64,000 bases of DNA from Vulcanimicrobiota bacterium (lineage in GTDB: Bacteria > Vulcanimicrobiota > Xenobia > Xenobiales > JADMJV01). Shown piece after piece: positions 25,353 to 36,296 of the stretch (its first letter is position 1; each line of letters begins with the position of its first letter). The stretch spans positions 2,342,210-2,406,209 of the forward strand of contig JBFWNU010000001.1 of NCBI GenBank assembly GCA_050250895.1, in the 5' to 3' direction. The notes below the pieces were generated by a model, which worked only from the letters and a program-made list of their open reading frames with translations, made no database searches and was not told where the DNA came from. The translations under genes and the position numbers were made by a program.

Positions 25353-27397
25353 GGTGGCTCCGTCCGGGTCTTCCGGACCTGGCTGGACGGCTTTTGCTAG
25401 AAGGTCTCGAAGCGGCATGTCTGGGCGCGGCTGCGGCCCGGGGTTGGGTCGTTCTTCGGACCGGAGGCCATCGCTATGAGCTGGTGGCCTGTCTGGGAAC
25501 TTCGCCCCCCTCTAAGAATCGCATGACCGCTGTCTTGCCCGAACGTAACGGCGCGCTCGACGCCACGGCGGCCCGAAACTTCAGTCCCTTTCCCGATCCA
25601 GGCACGGTGCAGATGTTTCGCATTGGCTCGGGCGCCCTTTTTCTGGAGGGTCGTTCGAACCCCTCGATGCGGCTCTTAGAGATGGTCACTCTGGCCCTCG
25701 AGCGGCTCGACTCCGAGCGCGAGATGGCCAGCCTGCGTCAAAAGGTCAAGCGGCTCGGCAAGCAGCTCAAAGCGGTCAAACGCAGCAGCCACCGCCTTCT
25801 GCCCGAACTCGAGAACACCGAACGACGGGCCGGAGCGCTCTCGGCCTGGTATCAGCACGCTGCCCAGATGCTGGCCTCGTCTCACCTGGGCTCGAGCCTG
25901 CCGGGATTGGTCGAGCGAGCCAAAGCTCTACTCGAGGTCGAGTTCGGGGCCGTGCTGACCCGCGAACTCAAGCGCGTCAGGCTCTGGGGTGGCGAGAGTC
26001 TGCGCCGAGTGGTGGGCAGCACTTTCGACATCAAGCGGCTGGGCTCGATCGGCCGGCAAGTCTTACTCACGGGTGAGGTGTATAACTCGGGCTCGCCCAA
26101 GGCTCGTTTCGAGAGCAGCAAGCTGTTCGGCTCGATCGGCTTGAAATCGCTGCTGGCCGTGCCCATGAAGGTCGAGGGCCGAGTGCTGGGAGCCTTTCTG
26201 CTGGGCTCTGAGCAAGATCACGAGTTCCTCTCGGACGAGATCGACCTGGCCCGCTTGATGGCCTATCAGTCTGCCCTCTTTCTAGAGAATGCTCTGTTGG
26301 TCTCGGGGGCCGACGTCGAGCGCGTGGTGGCCCGGGCGGTGCTCGAGAGTATGGCCGACGGCGTGTTTACCCTGGATTGGGAGAAGCGGATCACCTCGTT
26401 CAACCCGGCCGCCGAGCACATCACCGGGTGGAAAGCAGAAGACGCGGTGGGCCGCCGCTGCTCTGAGGTCATGCGAGGCCAGTATTTGTGTCCCGGCGCC
26501 AAGAAGCCCACCGGTTGCGAAGAGAACTGTCCCCTGCTGGCTCTGCTGGCCGATCAAGAACTGATGGAGACGGGTCTCACCGTCGAGGGCACTATCAAGA
26601 CCGCCAATGGCGAGCCGCGCTACGTCAGTTCGTCGTATTCGGTGGTGGCCGATCGGGGCGACCTGCTGGGCGCGGTCGTGCTCTTTCGTGACATCACCGA
26701 GAAGAAGGCTCTCGAGCAGATGAAGTCTGACTACGCGGCCGCCCTCTCTCACGACCTCAAGACCCCGCTGACCGCCATGAAGGGTTACGCCGTGACGCTC
26801 TTGCGCCATGGCGAGAAGCTCGACGAAGAGACCCGGCACGAGGCTCTCGAGGTGATCAACTCCGAGATCGACCGGGTCACCCGCATGTTCGACAATCTGC
26901 TCCACCAGGCGCGCATCGAGGCCGGCATGCAGACCCGCTATCTCGAGCCGATCGACCTGCACGAGGCGATCGGCAAGGTGGTCAGCCTGCACAACTTCTC
27001 GAGCCGCAAGCACAGCCTCAAGGCCAACGTTCCCGAAGGGTTGATGGTGCGCGGCGACCGCGACCAGCTCGACCAGATCCTCAATAACCTGGTCTCGAAC
27101 GCCGTCAAATACAGCCCCGCCGGCTGTCACATCATGGTCCGGGCCGAGGCCGACGACCGCTTCGCCCGGGTCGAGGTCGAAGACGATGGCCCTGGCATTC
27201 CCGAAGACCAGATTCCCTATGTCTTCGAGCGTTTTCGCCGGGTCGAGGACCGCCTCAGTCGCCAGGTGCGAGGCAGCGGCCTGGGCCTTTACATCACCCG
27301 CATGCTGGTAGAAGGCCTGGGCGGTGACGTGGGCGTCAACAGTCGCCGCGGCGAGGGCAGCAACTTCTGGTTTCGCCTGCCCCTGCATCGGAACTGA
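25349..27397 (+). CDS. Sensor histidine kinase with GAF, PAS, HisKA and HATPase domains
   Basis: HisKA H-box YAAALSHDLKTPLTAMKGY and HATPase N/G boxes (NLVSNAVKYS, GSGLGL). The upstream region is GAF/PAS-like. Confidence 0.8.
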   Translation: MRWLRPGLPDLAGRLLLEGLEAACLGAAAARGWVVLRTGGHRYELVACLGTSPPSKNRMTAVLPERNGALDATAARNFSPFPDPGTVQMFRIGSGALFLEGRSNPSMRLLEMVTLALERLDSEREMASLRQKVKRLGKQLKAVKRSSHRLLPELENTERRAGALSAWYQHAAQMLASSHLGSSLPGLVERAKALLEVEFGAVLTRELKRVRLWGGESLRRVVGSTFDIKRLGSIGRQVLLTGEVYNSGSPKARFESSKLFGSIGLKSLLAVPMKVEGRVLGAFLLGSEQDHEFLSDEIDLARLMAYQSALFLENALLVSGADVERVVARAVLESMADGVFTLDWEKRITSFNPAAEHITGWKAEDAVGRRCSEVMRGQYLCPGAKKPTGCEENCPLLALLADQELMETGLTVEGTIKTANGEPRYVSSSYSVVADRGDLLGAVVLFRDITEKKALEQMKSDYAAALSHDLKTPLTAMKGYAVTLLRHGEKLDEETRHEALEVINSEIDRVTRMFDNLLHQARIEAGMQTRYLEPIDLHEAIGKVVSLHNFSSRKHSLKANVPEGLMVRGDRDQLDQILNNLVSNAVKYSPAGCHIMVRAEADDRFARVEVEDDGPGIPEDQIPYVFERFRRVEDRLSRQVRGSGLGLYITRMLVEGLGGDVGVNSRRGEGSNFWFRLPLHRN

Positions 27398-27405
27398 TTT
27401 GCCCC

Positions 27406-27732
27406 ATGAGCCGAGCCTGGCGACTTCGCTGCCTGATGGTTTTGCTCACCATGTTTTTTGTCTGCTTCGGGCGAGGTCGTCCCAGTCATTGGAGATACCT
27501 CGTCAGCGACGACCAGGGTCACCGCTACTATCTCGATGAGCGGCGTTTGGAGAAGACCCCCACCGGCTACCGGTTCTACCTTCGCTGCGACTCCGGCCAG
27601 GCTCGCTACGAACTGGATCTCGAGCGCGCAACCGTGGCCCGGCTGGGCCAACCGCCCCAACCCCTGGCCTCCAACAGCGTGGCCGCGGCGGTGCGCAGTC
27701 GCTTGCTCGAACTCGAACAGGTCCAGAAATGA
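27406..27732 (+). CDS. Hypothetical secreted small protein
   Basis: Signal-like N-terminus MSRAWRLRCLMVLLTMFFVCFG; 108 aa. Confidence 0.4.
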   Translation: MSRAWRLRCLMVLLTMFFVCFGRGRPSHWRYLVSDDQGHRYYLDERRLEKTPTGYRFYLRCDSGQARYELDLERATVARLGQPPQPLASNSVAAAVRSRLLELEQVQK

Positions 27733-27734
27733 AA

Positions 27735-27757
27735 AAGCCCCGCCGCAGCGGGGCTTG
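27735..27757 (-). terminator. Intrinsic terminator for the minus-strand lipoprotein gene: 9-bp stem AAGCCCCGC-cgca-GCGGGGCTT followed by T5 on the minus strand. It may also act bidirectionally.
   Basis: Read directly between convergent genes. Confidence 0.65.
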
Positions 27758-27771
27758 ACGGAAAGGACGAA

Positions 27772-28596
27772 CTAGGGCGTGCCCACCACGCGGGGCTCGC
27801 CATAGAAGAAATCGTCGACGACCACGATGTCCTGGGTGCCTCCGTTGCTGACGTCGTTGGGACCGGCAGCTGCGGTTACGCCCATGGCCGCGTCACCCTG
27901 GGTGATTTTCACTGAGGTGATCTTGGAACCGTTCGTGAACACCACCCCCAGAAACGAGTGGCCATTGGCGTCGCTGCGGGTGGGCACCTGGAAGACGCCG
28001 AGACTGGTGTTGCCGTTGAAATACTCGACGGTGGTGGTGCCAGCGTTGTCCACATCGCTGAAAACTGCGCCAAACCCCGTCACGGCGGCGGGAACGCCGG
28101 TCGCGCCGGGAATCTCGAAGCGCGCCCACAGAATGCGGCTGCTGGTAGCGGCAAAAAGGTTGTTGGCGCTAAAGGGCGTGAACTGGTTGGGATAATCGGC
28201 ATTGAGATTGGCGAAGGCATTATTGCTGGCTCGCAACTGGTTGCCGCCCGCGCCCACGATCAGGCCCCGAGTGGCCGGGCTGGTGTTGGCGTTGTTGAAG
28301 AAGTCGAAGGGAAAGGCGGCAGGTTCGACGGGCACAATGCCGGCGTCCCAGTTGATCGAGCGAAAGCCGGTGGCCTGAGAGCCTGCCGTACTGGCATTGT
28401 TGGCGCCCCCGATCAGAGCTTGGAACGCGTTGATGGCGGCCTGGACGTTGGCCGCTCCAGAACCGGTGAAGACCTGAAATCCCGCTTGTTGAGCCTGGGC
28501 GATTTCAGGGACAAAGTCGTTGCTTTCGTCGCAGCCGACAAACGCAAGCATTGATGCGAGCCCTGCCGCGACGGCAAGGCGCTTGAACCATTTCAT
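27772..28596 (-). CDS. Putative lipoprotein (Ala/Gly/Asn-rich, secreted)
   Basis: Start taken at the internal Met with the strong SD AGGGAGGG. MKWFKRLAVAAGLASMLAFVGC is a lipobox-like signal. The ORF-track start at 28809 is probably not used. Confidence 0.6.
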   Translation of the reverse strand: MKWFKRLAVAAGLASMLAFVGCDESNDFVPEIAQAQQAGFQVFTGSGAANVQAAINAFQALIGGANNASTAGSQATGFRSINWDAGIVPVEPAAFPFDFFNNANTSPATRGLIVGAGGNQLRASNNAFANLNADYPNQFTPFSANNLFAATSSRILWARFEIPGATGVPAAVTGFGAVFSDVDNAGTTTVEYFNGNTSLGVFQVPTRSDANGHSFLGVVFTNGSKITSVKITQGDAAMGVTAAAGPNDVSNGGTQDIVVVDDFFYGEPRVVGTP

Positions 28597-28710
28597 GATT
28601 ACCCTCCCTGTTGTTTGGTCGAGGCTGCTTCTTGCTCTGTGTGAATAAACCTGGGGCCTTATGACGATCGGATCGTCAGGATTTGGCACCTCGGCGTCGA
28701 AGCTTGGCTC

Positions 28711-29181
28711 ATGCGCCTGTGGATAGTCGCTTTGGTCCTCTTCCTCGGCTGGCCGGCCCGGGCGGACGAGGTGCAGACCTATTACCAGCGGGCCGCGGCG
28801 GGCTCGCACCGTCAGTTGCCCACGGCGTCGACCTATCGAGCGGTTTATTTCTCGCTTTGCCTGGGCGACCAGGCTCCTACCGATGACGAGATGTCCGCGA
28901 GCGTGACCCGCGAGATATCCATTCTATTGGCGGCTCTGGCGGTGGACGCCAGCGCTTTAGAAGGGCTTGGCCCCAGCCTCGACTATCCCTATCTGGTGGC
29001 TAGCCGCTTGCAAGCTAAGCTCGACCCGGGGCTGGTCTGGCTGGCGGCCTGCCACGGTCTGGCCGCCAGCACGGGCGACGACCAGACCTACTTCTTCCCC
29101 GCCGATGAGTACGACGGGTTGCCCAGCTGTTTCGGCCCATACAGCGGGCCGCGCATGCACCCCCCTTATCAGCAAAGGTAG
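28711..29181 (+). CDS. Hypothetical secreted protein
   Basis: Signal peptide MRLWIVALVLFLGWPARA; 156 aa. Confidence 0.45.
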   Translation: MRLWIVALVLFLGWPARADEVQTYYQRAAAGSHRQLPTASTYRAVYFSLCLGDQAPTDDEMSASVTREISILLAALAVDASALEGLGPSLDYPYLVASRLQAKLDPGLVWLAACHGLAASTGDDQTYFFPADEYDGLPSCFGPYSGPRMHPPYQQR

Positions 29182-29238
29182 GTGGGCAGCGGCCGCCCCG
29201 GTAAAGGAACTGGCCTGCCAGTCGTGAATCTCAGGGCC

Positions 29239-30369
29239 GTGAAACAGAGAGTTTGCATTCTGATATCCCTCTTGCTGCTAGCGGCTTCCCCGGGCTTGGC
29301 CCAGATGGCCGAGAGCCTGCGCGAAGAGTTCCATGACCAGGCGGAGTACGGGCTGGTTGTGATCAACGACGGCGAGACCGGGCGCATCAAGGGGGCGATG
29401 GGTGACCCCACCACCCGAGTGCTGGTGCTACAGGTTTTTGCCCCCAATCTCGGTCAGGCCGACAGTGAGGCCATTCTGGAATGGGTCCGCCAGGGACACA
29501 GTGTCTGGTTCTACGACGCTCGGCTGGCGCCCATGTTCGGCATGAAGCCTTACTTTCTCAGCAAAGAGCAGTTCAAGACCAAGGACGAGAAGGGCGAACT
29601 GGGGGGCCACAAGCGGGCCGGAGTGGCCACGGTCGGGTTGGCCCATCGGGCCCACGCGGTGGTCACCGGCTGCGGTCAGGCTACCATCTTTATGCCCGAA
29701 CTCGAGGTCGAGGGCGAGAAGCGATATGGGGCCGTCGAGGTGGCCGGCGACACCTTCGGGGTGCTGCAGTTCAGCCTCGATTCCCCGGCGCTGATGGCGC
29801 TGCGGCGCGATGGCAAAGGGCTGATCGTCTACAAGGCGCTGCTCTGGCCCGAGGTGCTCTCGGGCGACCGGCTGCAATCCAATCTGCTGGAATACTCGGC
29901 CGGCTTCCAGGTGCCGGGGCCGGCCGGTGAAGGCAAAGTCGGCGACCCGCCCGGCCCCCAGGCCGCCTATGTCGAAGGCAACCCGGCCGTAGAGATCGGT
30001 GCGGGCGTGCCCCCCGAGAATCCTGGCACCACCCTGGCGCCGGTAGCCAAAGGTCCCGAGCCCGCGGCCGGCAAGGCGGATTCGGACCTGCTCTGGACGC
30101 TCGACGACGAGCAGGTCAACGGCGTCCTCGACCTCAAAGAGTTGCGTTTCGAGACCGGCAGCGACAGTCTGACCGTGCCGGTCGATCAGGTCCGTTCGGT
30201 CGATTTAGGCGGCCGCCTCAACCTGGACCGCCTCGAAACCGTCAGCGGCAAGATCTATAAAGGAATGCTGCTGACTCCCGAGTTCAAGCTGCGTTCAGGC
30301 AACAACGAGCGCACCTTCGAGAAGACCGATCTCAAGCGCATCGAATTCAGGAGGACGCATGAGTCTTGA
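29239..30369 (+). CDS. Hypothetical secreted protein
   Basis: GTG start gives the signal peptide [21 protein letters not shown]. About 376 aa. Confidence 0.5.
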   Translation: MKQRVCILISLLLLAASPGLAQMAESLREEFHDQAEYGLVVINDGETGRIKGAMGDPTTRVLVLQVFAPNLGQADSEAILEWVRQGHSVWFYDARLAPMFGMKPYFLSKEQFKTKDEKGELGGHKRAGVATVGLAHRAHAVVTGCGQATIFMPELEVEGEKRYGAVEVAGDTFGVLQFSLDSPALMALRRDGKGLIVYKALLWPEVLSGDRLQSNLLEYSAGFQVPGPAGEGKVGDPPGPQAAYVEGNPAVEIGAGVPPENPGTTLAPVAKGPEPAAGKADSDLLWTLDDEQVNGVLDLKELRFETGSDSLTVPVDQVRSVDLGGRLNLDRLETVSGKIYKGMLLTPEFKLRSGNNERTFEKTDLKRIEFRRTHES

Positions 30370-31768
30370 CCAGGAGTTGACGCCACGCCAGATCGTGGCC
30401 GAACTCGACCGTTACATCATCGGCCAGAAGGATGCCAAGCGGGCCGTGGCCGTCGCTTTACGCAATCGTTATCGGCGTGAGCGCCTCGACGAGAGCTTTC
30501 GCGACGAGGTCATTCCCAAAAATATCTTGATGATCGGACCGACCGGGGTGGGCAAGACCGAAGTGGCCCGGCGCCTGGCCCGATTGGCCAATGCTCCCTT
30601 TATCAAAGTGGAAGCCACCAAGTTCACCGAGGTGGGCTATGTGGGCCGCGATGTCGAGTCGATGATCCGCGATCTGGTCGAGATCTCGGTGCGCATGGTC
30701 GAGCGAGAGCGCATCGAAGAGGTCAAGGCCCGGGCCGAAGACCTGGCCATCGACCGCATTGTCGAGAAGCTGCGCCCCGGTAAGCGCCGCGAGGCTCCCT
30801 CCAACCCGCTGGCCGCTCTCTTTGGCGGGGGCAGTCAACCCGAGGCTCCCGACGACCACGAGCAAGAGCAGCGCGACCGCCTCGAGCACGACCGCGAGCA
30901 GATTCGCAAGGCCATCGCCGCCGGCGAACTCGACGACCAGTATATCGAGATTGAAGTCGAAGAAAGCATTCCCTCTGAAATTCAGGTCTTCTCCAACATG
31001 GGTATGGAGGAGATGGGCATCAACTTTCAAGACATTCTGGGCGGGTTGTTGCCCCGTCGCAAGAAGGCTCGCAACGTCAAGATCGAAGAGGCGCGCAAGT
31101 TGCTGGCCGTAGAAGAGGCCCGCAAGCTGATCGACGCCGACGAAGTCAAGCGCGAGGCCATTCGTCGAGTCGAGCGCCGCGGCATCGTCTTTCTCGACGA
31201 GGTCGACAAGATCGCCGGCCGGGGCAAGGACGGGGGCTCTGGCCCCGATGTGTCGCGCGAGGGCGTGCAGCGTGACATTTTGCCCATCATCGAGGGCTCG
31301 ACGGTAGCCTCCAAGCATGGTCCGGTCAAGACCGACCACATCCTGTTCGTGGCGGCCGGGGCTTTCCACATCAGCAAGCCTTCGGACCTGATTCCCGAGT
31401 TGCAGGGTCGTTTTCCCATTCGGGTCGAGCTAGAGAGCCTCTCGGGTGAGGATTTCCGCCGCATTCTCACCGAGCCCGAGAACGCCCTCACCCGCCAGTA
31501 TCAGGCTTTGCTGGGCACCGAAGGGGTGGACCTCGAGTTCACCGAGGACGGCATCGACGAGATGTCCAAGATCGCCCAGCAGGTCAACGAGACCACCGAG
31601 AACATCGGCGCCCGGCGTCTGCATACCATTCTCGAGAAGGTGCTCGAGCATGTCTCGTTCCAGGCTCCCGAACTCGATGACCCCAAGATCGTGGTGAGTT
31701 CGGCCTATGTGCGCGAGCAACTCAAAGAAGTGCTCGAAGACAAGGATTTATCGAAGTTCATCTTGTAG
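30359..31768 (+). CDS. hslU: ATP-dependent protease ATPase subunit HslU
   Basis: [40 protein letters not shown] and the Walker A motif GPTGVGKTE. An AGGAGGA RBS precedes the ATG. No hslV lies upstream. Confidence 0.9.
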   Translation: MSLDQELTPRQIVAELDRYIIGQKDAKRAVAVALRNRYRRERLDESFRDEVIPKNILMIGPTGVGKTEVARRLARLANAPFIKVEATKFTEVGYVGRDVESMIRDLVEISVRMVERERIEEVKARAEDLAIDRIVEKLRPGKRREAPSNPLAALFGGGSQPEAPDDHEQEQRDRLEHDREQIRKAIAAGELDDQYIEIEVEESIPSEIQVFSNMGMEEMGINFQDILGGLLPRRKKARNVKIEEARKLLAVEEARKLIDADEVKREAIRRVERRGIVFLDEVDKIAGRGKDGGSGPDVSREGVQRDILPIIEGSTVASKHGPVKTDHILFVAAGAFHISKPSDLIPELQGRFPIRVELESLSGEDFRRILTEPENALTRQYQALLGTEGVDLEFTEDGIDEMSKIAQQVNETTENIGARRLHTILEKVLEHVSFQAPELDDPKIVVSSAYVREQLKEVLEDKDLSKFIL

Positions 31769-31769
31769 T

Positions 31770-31798
31770 TTGACGCCCTGACCGCCCTCTGATATATT
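31770..31798 (+). promoter_or_regulatory. Sigma70-like promoter TTGACG-N17-TATATT about 100 nt upstream of rpsB
   Basis: Read directly. Confidence 0.5.
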
Positions 31799-31897
31799 AG
31801 GGGGCACTTCACAGCGGACCCGATCGCGCAAGCGGTGCCAAATCAAGGTTCTTGGGCGAGATGACGGTCCGTGAGGATAACAAAAACCGGAGGAATA

Positions 31898-32803
31898 ATG
31901 TCTGTAATCAGCATGAAACAGCTGCTGGAGGCCGGTGTTCATTTCGGCCACCAGACCCGTCGTTGGAACCCGAAGATGTCGCGCTACATCTTCACCGAGC
32001 GCAACGGCATCTACATCATCGACCTGCAGAAGACGGTCATCAAGCTCAAAGATGCCTACCACTTCGTCAAAGCCGTGGTCAAAGGCCAGGTCGACTACGA
32101 GACCTTCGAAGTCTCCGAGACCCAGATCGACGATCCCCGCCCCGTGCTTTTCGTGGGCACCAAGAAGCAAGCCATGGAGACCGTCTCCGAAGAGGCTATC
32201 CGCTGCGGCGAGTTCTTCGTGGTCCAGCGTTGGTTGGGCGGCATGCTCACCAACTATAAGACCATTCAAAAGCGCGTCACCCGCCTGAAGAACCTCGAGG
32301 AGATGAAAGAAACCGGCGTTTTCGATCGTCTGCCCAAGAAAGAGGTTCTCAAGCTCGAAGACCAGCGCAAGAAGCTCGAGAAGTTCCTCGGCGGCATCAA
32401 GGACATGCCCGCCCTGCCTGGTTGCCTGTTCGTGGTCGACCCCCGCAAGGAATACATCGCCGTCAACGAAGCCCGCAAACTGGGTATTCCGGTGGTGGCT
32501 ATCGTCGACACCAACTGCGACCCCGATGTCATCGATTTCCCCATCCCCGGTAATGACGACGCCATTCGCGCCGTGCGCCTGATCACCGGTAAGATGGCCG
32601 ACGCCGTCATCGAAGCCAAGGCCGAGATGGAAGCCGAAATCGCCGCTCGCGAGCCCGACGATGAAGCCCGGGCGGATGAGATGGACGCGGCTGCCGCGGG
32701 CGACGCGGCCGGCGCCACCGTCGAGACCGAGACGGTCACTTACACCACCGAAGATGGCGAGACCGAGTCCGTGCGGGTGGGCGTATGGAGAGCTGAAGAG
32801 TAG
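31898..32803 (+). CDS. rpsB: 30S ribosomal protein S2, with an acidic C-terminal extension of about 50 aa
   Basis: The internal Met after the GGAGGAATA RBS gives [27 protein letters not shown]. Confidence 0.9.
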   Translation: MSVISMKQLLEAGVHFGHQTRRWNPKMSRYIFTERNGIYIIDLQKTVIKLKDAYHFVKAVVKGQVDYETFEVSETQIDDPRPVLFVGTKKQAMETVSEEAIRCGEFFVVQRWLGGMLTNYKTIQKRVTRLKNLEEMKETGVFDRLPKKEVLKLEDQRKKLEKFLGGIKDMPALPGCLFVVDPRKEYIAVNEARKLGIPVVAIVDTNCDPDVIDFPIPGNDDAIRAVRLITGKMADAVIEAKAEMEAEIAAREPDDEARADEMDAAAAGDAAGATVETETVTYTTEDGETESVRVGVWRAEE

Positions 32804-32818
32804 AGGAGAGAGAAGGAA

Positions 32819-33415
<597 letters not shown>

Positions 33416-33426
33416 GCCTCGCCCCA

Positions 33427-33449
33427 GGGCTCCCCGTAGAGGGGAGCCC
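33427..33449 (+). terminator. Hairpin GGGCTCCCC-gtaga-GGGGAGCCC downstream of tsf, with no T-tract
   Basis: Perfect 9-bp inverted repeat read directly. Confidence 0.4.
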
Positions 33450-33506
33450 CGGCCCGCTGGTCGGGCAATTTACAGTCCCGGACAGGGCGCGTTAGTCTGG
33501 AGCAAG

Positions 33507-34670
33507 GTGAGCCCCGAATTCGATCAACAGCCCCCGCAGGTGTATTACGTGCTGGTCGCCGGCGAGCAACGGATCGCCATGTCTCATGATGGGACACCTG
33601 TGCGGGTCGGTCGCAACGTCGACAACGACATCGTCTTTGCCGATACCGAGACCAGCCGTCGCCACGCCGAGTTTCGGTGCCGCAACGGGTTGCTCGAGGT
33701 GCGAGACATGCGCTCGATGAACGGCACCCTGCTCGAGGGGCGGCGGATCGTGCCCGAGTTCTGGTGGAAGGTCAATCCCAACCAGATTCTGCAGGTCGGC
33801 ATTAACGAACTCTATTTCGAGCGTCTACCAGGCGCCACCGGCGAGCCCCCCGCTTTCGTCCAGGAAGACTGGTTGGAAGAGGCCGACACCGAGTCGGTCG
33901 TGCGCACCAACTTCGACGCAGCCGCTGCCCAGGACTATGATATGGTTCTCGAGCCTCCGCCGCGCCTATCGCCCCCTCCGCCACCCCCGTCGAACGCCTG
34001 GCTCGAAGAGCCGGCCCGTGTGCCCGAACCCGAGCCCGAGCCGCAGCCGTGGCAAGATGAGGACGGCTGGGACCCTGAGACCGAGGACCCGGGCGTGCCC
34101 CCCATCGAAGACCTGGCGCCCCTGGGAGCACCCACCGATGAGTGGGAGGAACTCCCTGTCCCCGAGACCGAGTTTATCCCGGTACCCGAAACCGAGTTCG
34201 TGTATGAGTCGGCCGAGGAGGTGCCTGACCAGCCCGCAACCGAGCCCGAGCCCGAGCCCGAGCTTGAATCCTCAGAAGAGATGCCGCCGGCTCCTGCGGC
34301 CGAGGAAGAGTCCGACGAAATCGAACTCGAGGCGCCGGTGCGCTCCCAGCCCGTGCTCGCTCCCGAGGATATCCGCTTCAAGCCCACCATGATCTTGCCC
34401 GATGGGCGGCTGGCCCGGGTTGACCCTCTCGGCGAAGGGCGAGTGGTGGTCAGCATCGCCGAGCCTTTGCTGGGCTCGTCGGGTGAAACCGACCTGGTGC
34501 GCCTGGGGGTTGACGCCCAGGGTCGCCCGGTGATGGGCGTGCGCAAAGAATACGAGGCGAATGAATTCGCCGACTACCTCGAGCAGCAAGGGTTGGCCGC
34601 TCCCCGCGAGCGAACCCCCGCAGACAAGCCGTTGCCTCCGGGCCTCGAGCTTGGCGGCGAAGGCCGCTAG
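33507..34670 (+). CDS. FHA-domain protein with a long Pro/Glu-rich acidic low-complexity region
   Basis: FHA core [47 protein letters not shown]. It is followed by [24 protein letters not shown]... repeats. Confidence 0.75.
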   Translation: MSPEFDQQPPQVYYVLVAGEQRIAMSHDGTPVRVGRNVDNDIVFADTETSRRHAEFRCRNGLLEVRDMRSMNGTLLEGRRIVPEFWWKVNPNQILQVGINELYFERLPGATGEPPAFVQEDWLEEADTESVVRTNFDAAAAQDYDMVLEPPPRLSPPPPPPSNAWLEEPARVPEPEPEPQPWQDEDGWDPETEDPGVPPIEDLAPLGAPTDEWEELPVPETEFIPVPETEFVYESAEEVPDQPATEPEPEPELESSEEMPPAPAAEEESDEIELEAPVRSQPVLAPEDIRFKPTMILPDGRLARVDPLGEGRVVVSIAEPLLGSSGETDLVRLGVDAQGRPVMGVRKEYEANEFADYLEQQGLAAPRERTPADKPLPPGLELGGEGR

Positions 34671-34788
34671 TGGAGCCCCAAGGAAGGAATGGATCGGCTG
34701 GGAAAGAATATGGCCTCGGCCGTCACCAAAGCCATGGCCACGCCCTTCGAACACAAATTTGGGTCCGCTCCGGATCTCTGGAGGAGAA

Positions 34789-35550
34789 ATGAGCTGCTTG
34801 GTGTCTGAATCTGCCACTGCCCAATCCGAGAATTCCCGTCTGGCCTACGGACGAATTTTGCTGAAGCTGTCGGGCGAGGTCTTCGCCGGCTCGGCCGAAT
34901 TCGGCGTCGACAGCAACACGGTCCGTCGCTACGCCGAAGAGATCCGCGAGATCTATGAGCTGGGCGTGCAGGTTGCCGTGGTCGTGGGGGGAGGCAACAT
35001 CTGGCGCGGCCGAATGGCCCCCGACATGGAGCGGGCCACCGCCGACCAGATGGGCATGATTGCCACCGTGATCAACGCTCTGGCCCTGCAGGATGCGCTC
35101 GAGAAATGCGATGTGCACACCCGCGTGCTCACGGCCATCGAGATGAAGGATGTGGCCGAGCCGTTCATTCGCCGCAAAGCCGTTCGCCATCTCGAGAAGG
35201 GTCGGGTGGTCATTTTCGCCGGCGGTATCGGCAGCCCGTATTTTACCACCGACACCACGGCTGCCCTGCGCGGACTCGAAATCGGCGCCGACGCCATTTT
35301 CAAAGGCACCAAGGTCGACGGGGTCTACGATGGGGACCCTGTCCTCAACCCGGATGCCAAGAAGTTTCAGCAACTCACTTACATTGAAGTTTTGCGTCTG
35401 GGCCTCAAGGTCATGGACGCCACCGCCGTGTCGCTTTGCATGGACAATCGTCTGGCGATCGTCGTGTTCGACATCACCCAGGAGGGCAATATTCGGCGCA
35501 TCGTGGCCGGCGAAGAAATCGGAACATTGGTCAAGGAGGAGCGCAAGTAA
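34789..35550 (+). CDS. pyrH: UMP kinase
   Basis: Internal ATG after the GGAGGAGAA RBS, followed by [20 protein letters not shown]...[11 protein letters not shown]. Confidence 0.9.
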   Translation: MSCLVSESATAQSENSRLAYGRILLKLSGEVFAGSAEFGVDSNTVRRYAEEIREIYELGVQVAVVVGGGNIWRGRMAPDMERATADQMGMIATVINALALQDALEKCDVHTRVLTAIEMKDVAEPFIRRKAVRHLEKGRVVIFAGGIGSPYFTTDTTAALRGLEIGADAIFKGTKVDGVYDGDPVLNPDAKKFQQLTYIEVLRLGLKVMDATAVSLCMDNRLAIVVFDITQEGNIRRIVAGEEIGTLVKEERK

Positions 35551-36098
35551 TGGATACTATCGCGTTTGACGACTACGAAGAGAAGATGATGAAGTCGATC
35601 GAATCGCTGGGGCGGGACTTTGCCGCTGTCCGTTCGGGGCGCGCTTCGCCCGCGCTGGTCGAGAAAGTCATGGTCGAGGCCTACGGCACCGAGATGCCCC
35701 TCAATCAGGTCGCCAGCATTTCGGTGCCCGAAGCCAGGTTGTTGGTGATCCAGCCCTTCGACAAAAACAACATCGCGGCCATCGAGCGAGCCATCCACAA
35801 GAGCGATCTCGGCATCAATCCGTCCAACGACGGCAGCGTGATCCGTTTGGGATTCCCCGCGCTCACCGAAGAGCGTCGCAAAGATCTGGTCAAGATGGTC
35901 AAAAAGCGCGCCGAAGAGGCCAGGGTCTCGATTCGCAACATCCGCCGCGATGCGATGGAGGACATCAAGAAGGTCGACGGCGTACCCGAAGACGAGGTCA
36001 AACGTTCGCAGGATCAGGTGCAAAAGCTGACCGACCGTTATGTCGACGAGATCGACAGGAGCCTCGACAACAAAGAGAAGGAGATCATGGAGGTCTGA
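35550..36098 (+). CDS. frr: Ribosome recycling factor
   Basis: Starts [46 protein letters not shown]. The ATG overlaps the pyrH stop codon. Confidence 0.9.
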   Translation: MDTIAFDDYEEKMMKSIESLGRDFAAVRSGRASPALVEKVMVEAYGTEMPLNQVASISVPEARLLVIQPFDKNNIAAIERAIHKSDLGINPSNDGSVIRLGFPALTEERRKDLVKMVKKRAEEARVSIRNIRRDAMEDIKKVDGVPEDEVKRSQDQVQKLTDRYVDEIDRSLDNKEKEIMEV

Positions 36099-36296
36099 GC
36101 GAGGCCAATCTGCTCGGTAAGACCTTCCCAGCCGCTCTGTCCTTGCACCAGGGGCCCCTGCGCGTGGTGCTGACCAGTCCCTTTCGACCCTGTCTCGGCA
36201 GTGGTGCGCTCAGAGTGATCGGTCAGCGTCAAGAGGAGTCGGGAGCCCTTTGGATACTGGCCTACGAGCAGTATCACCGGCTGGAACCCGCCCAAC

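Noticed and set aside
29182-30369. Possibility that the gene upstream of hslU is a divergent HslV
   Set aside because: It has a signal peptide, is about 376 aa, and lacks the N-terminal Thr protease motif (TTIVSVRR).
33935-34546. 203-aa minus ORF and 151-aa plus ORF over the FHA-protein tail
   Set aside because: Alternative frames of the low-complexity Pro/Glu region; Ser/Gly-rich artefacts.
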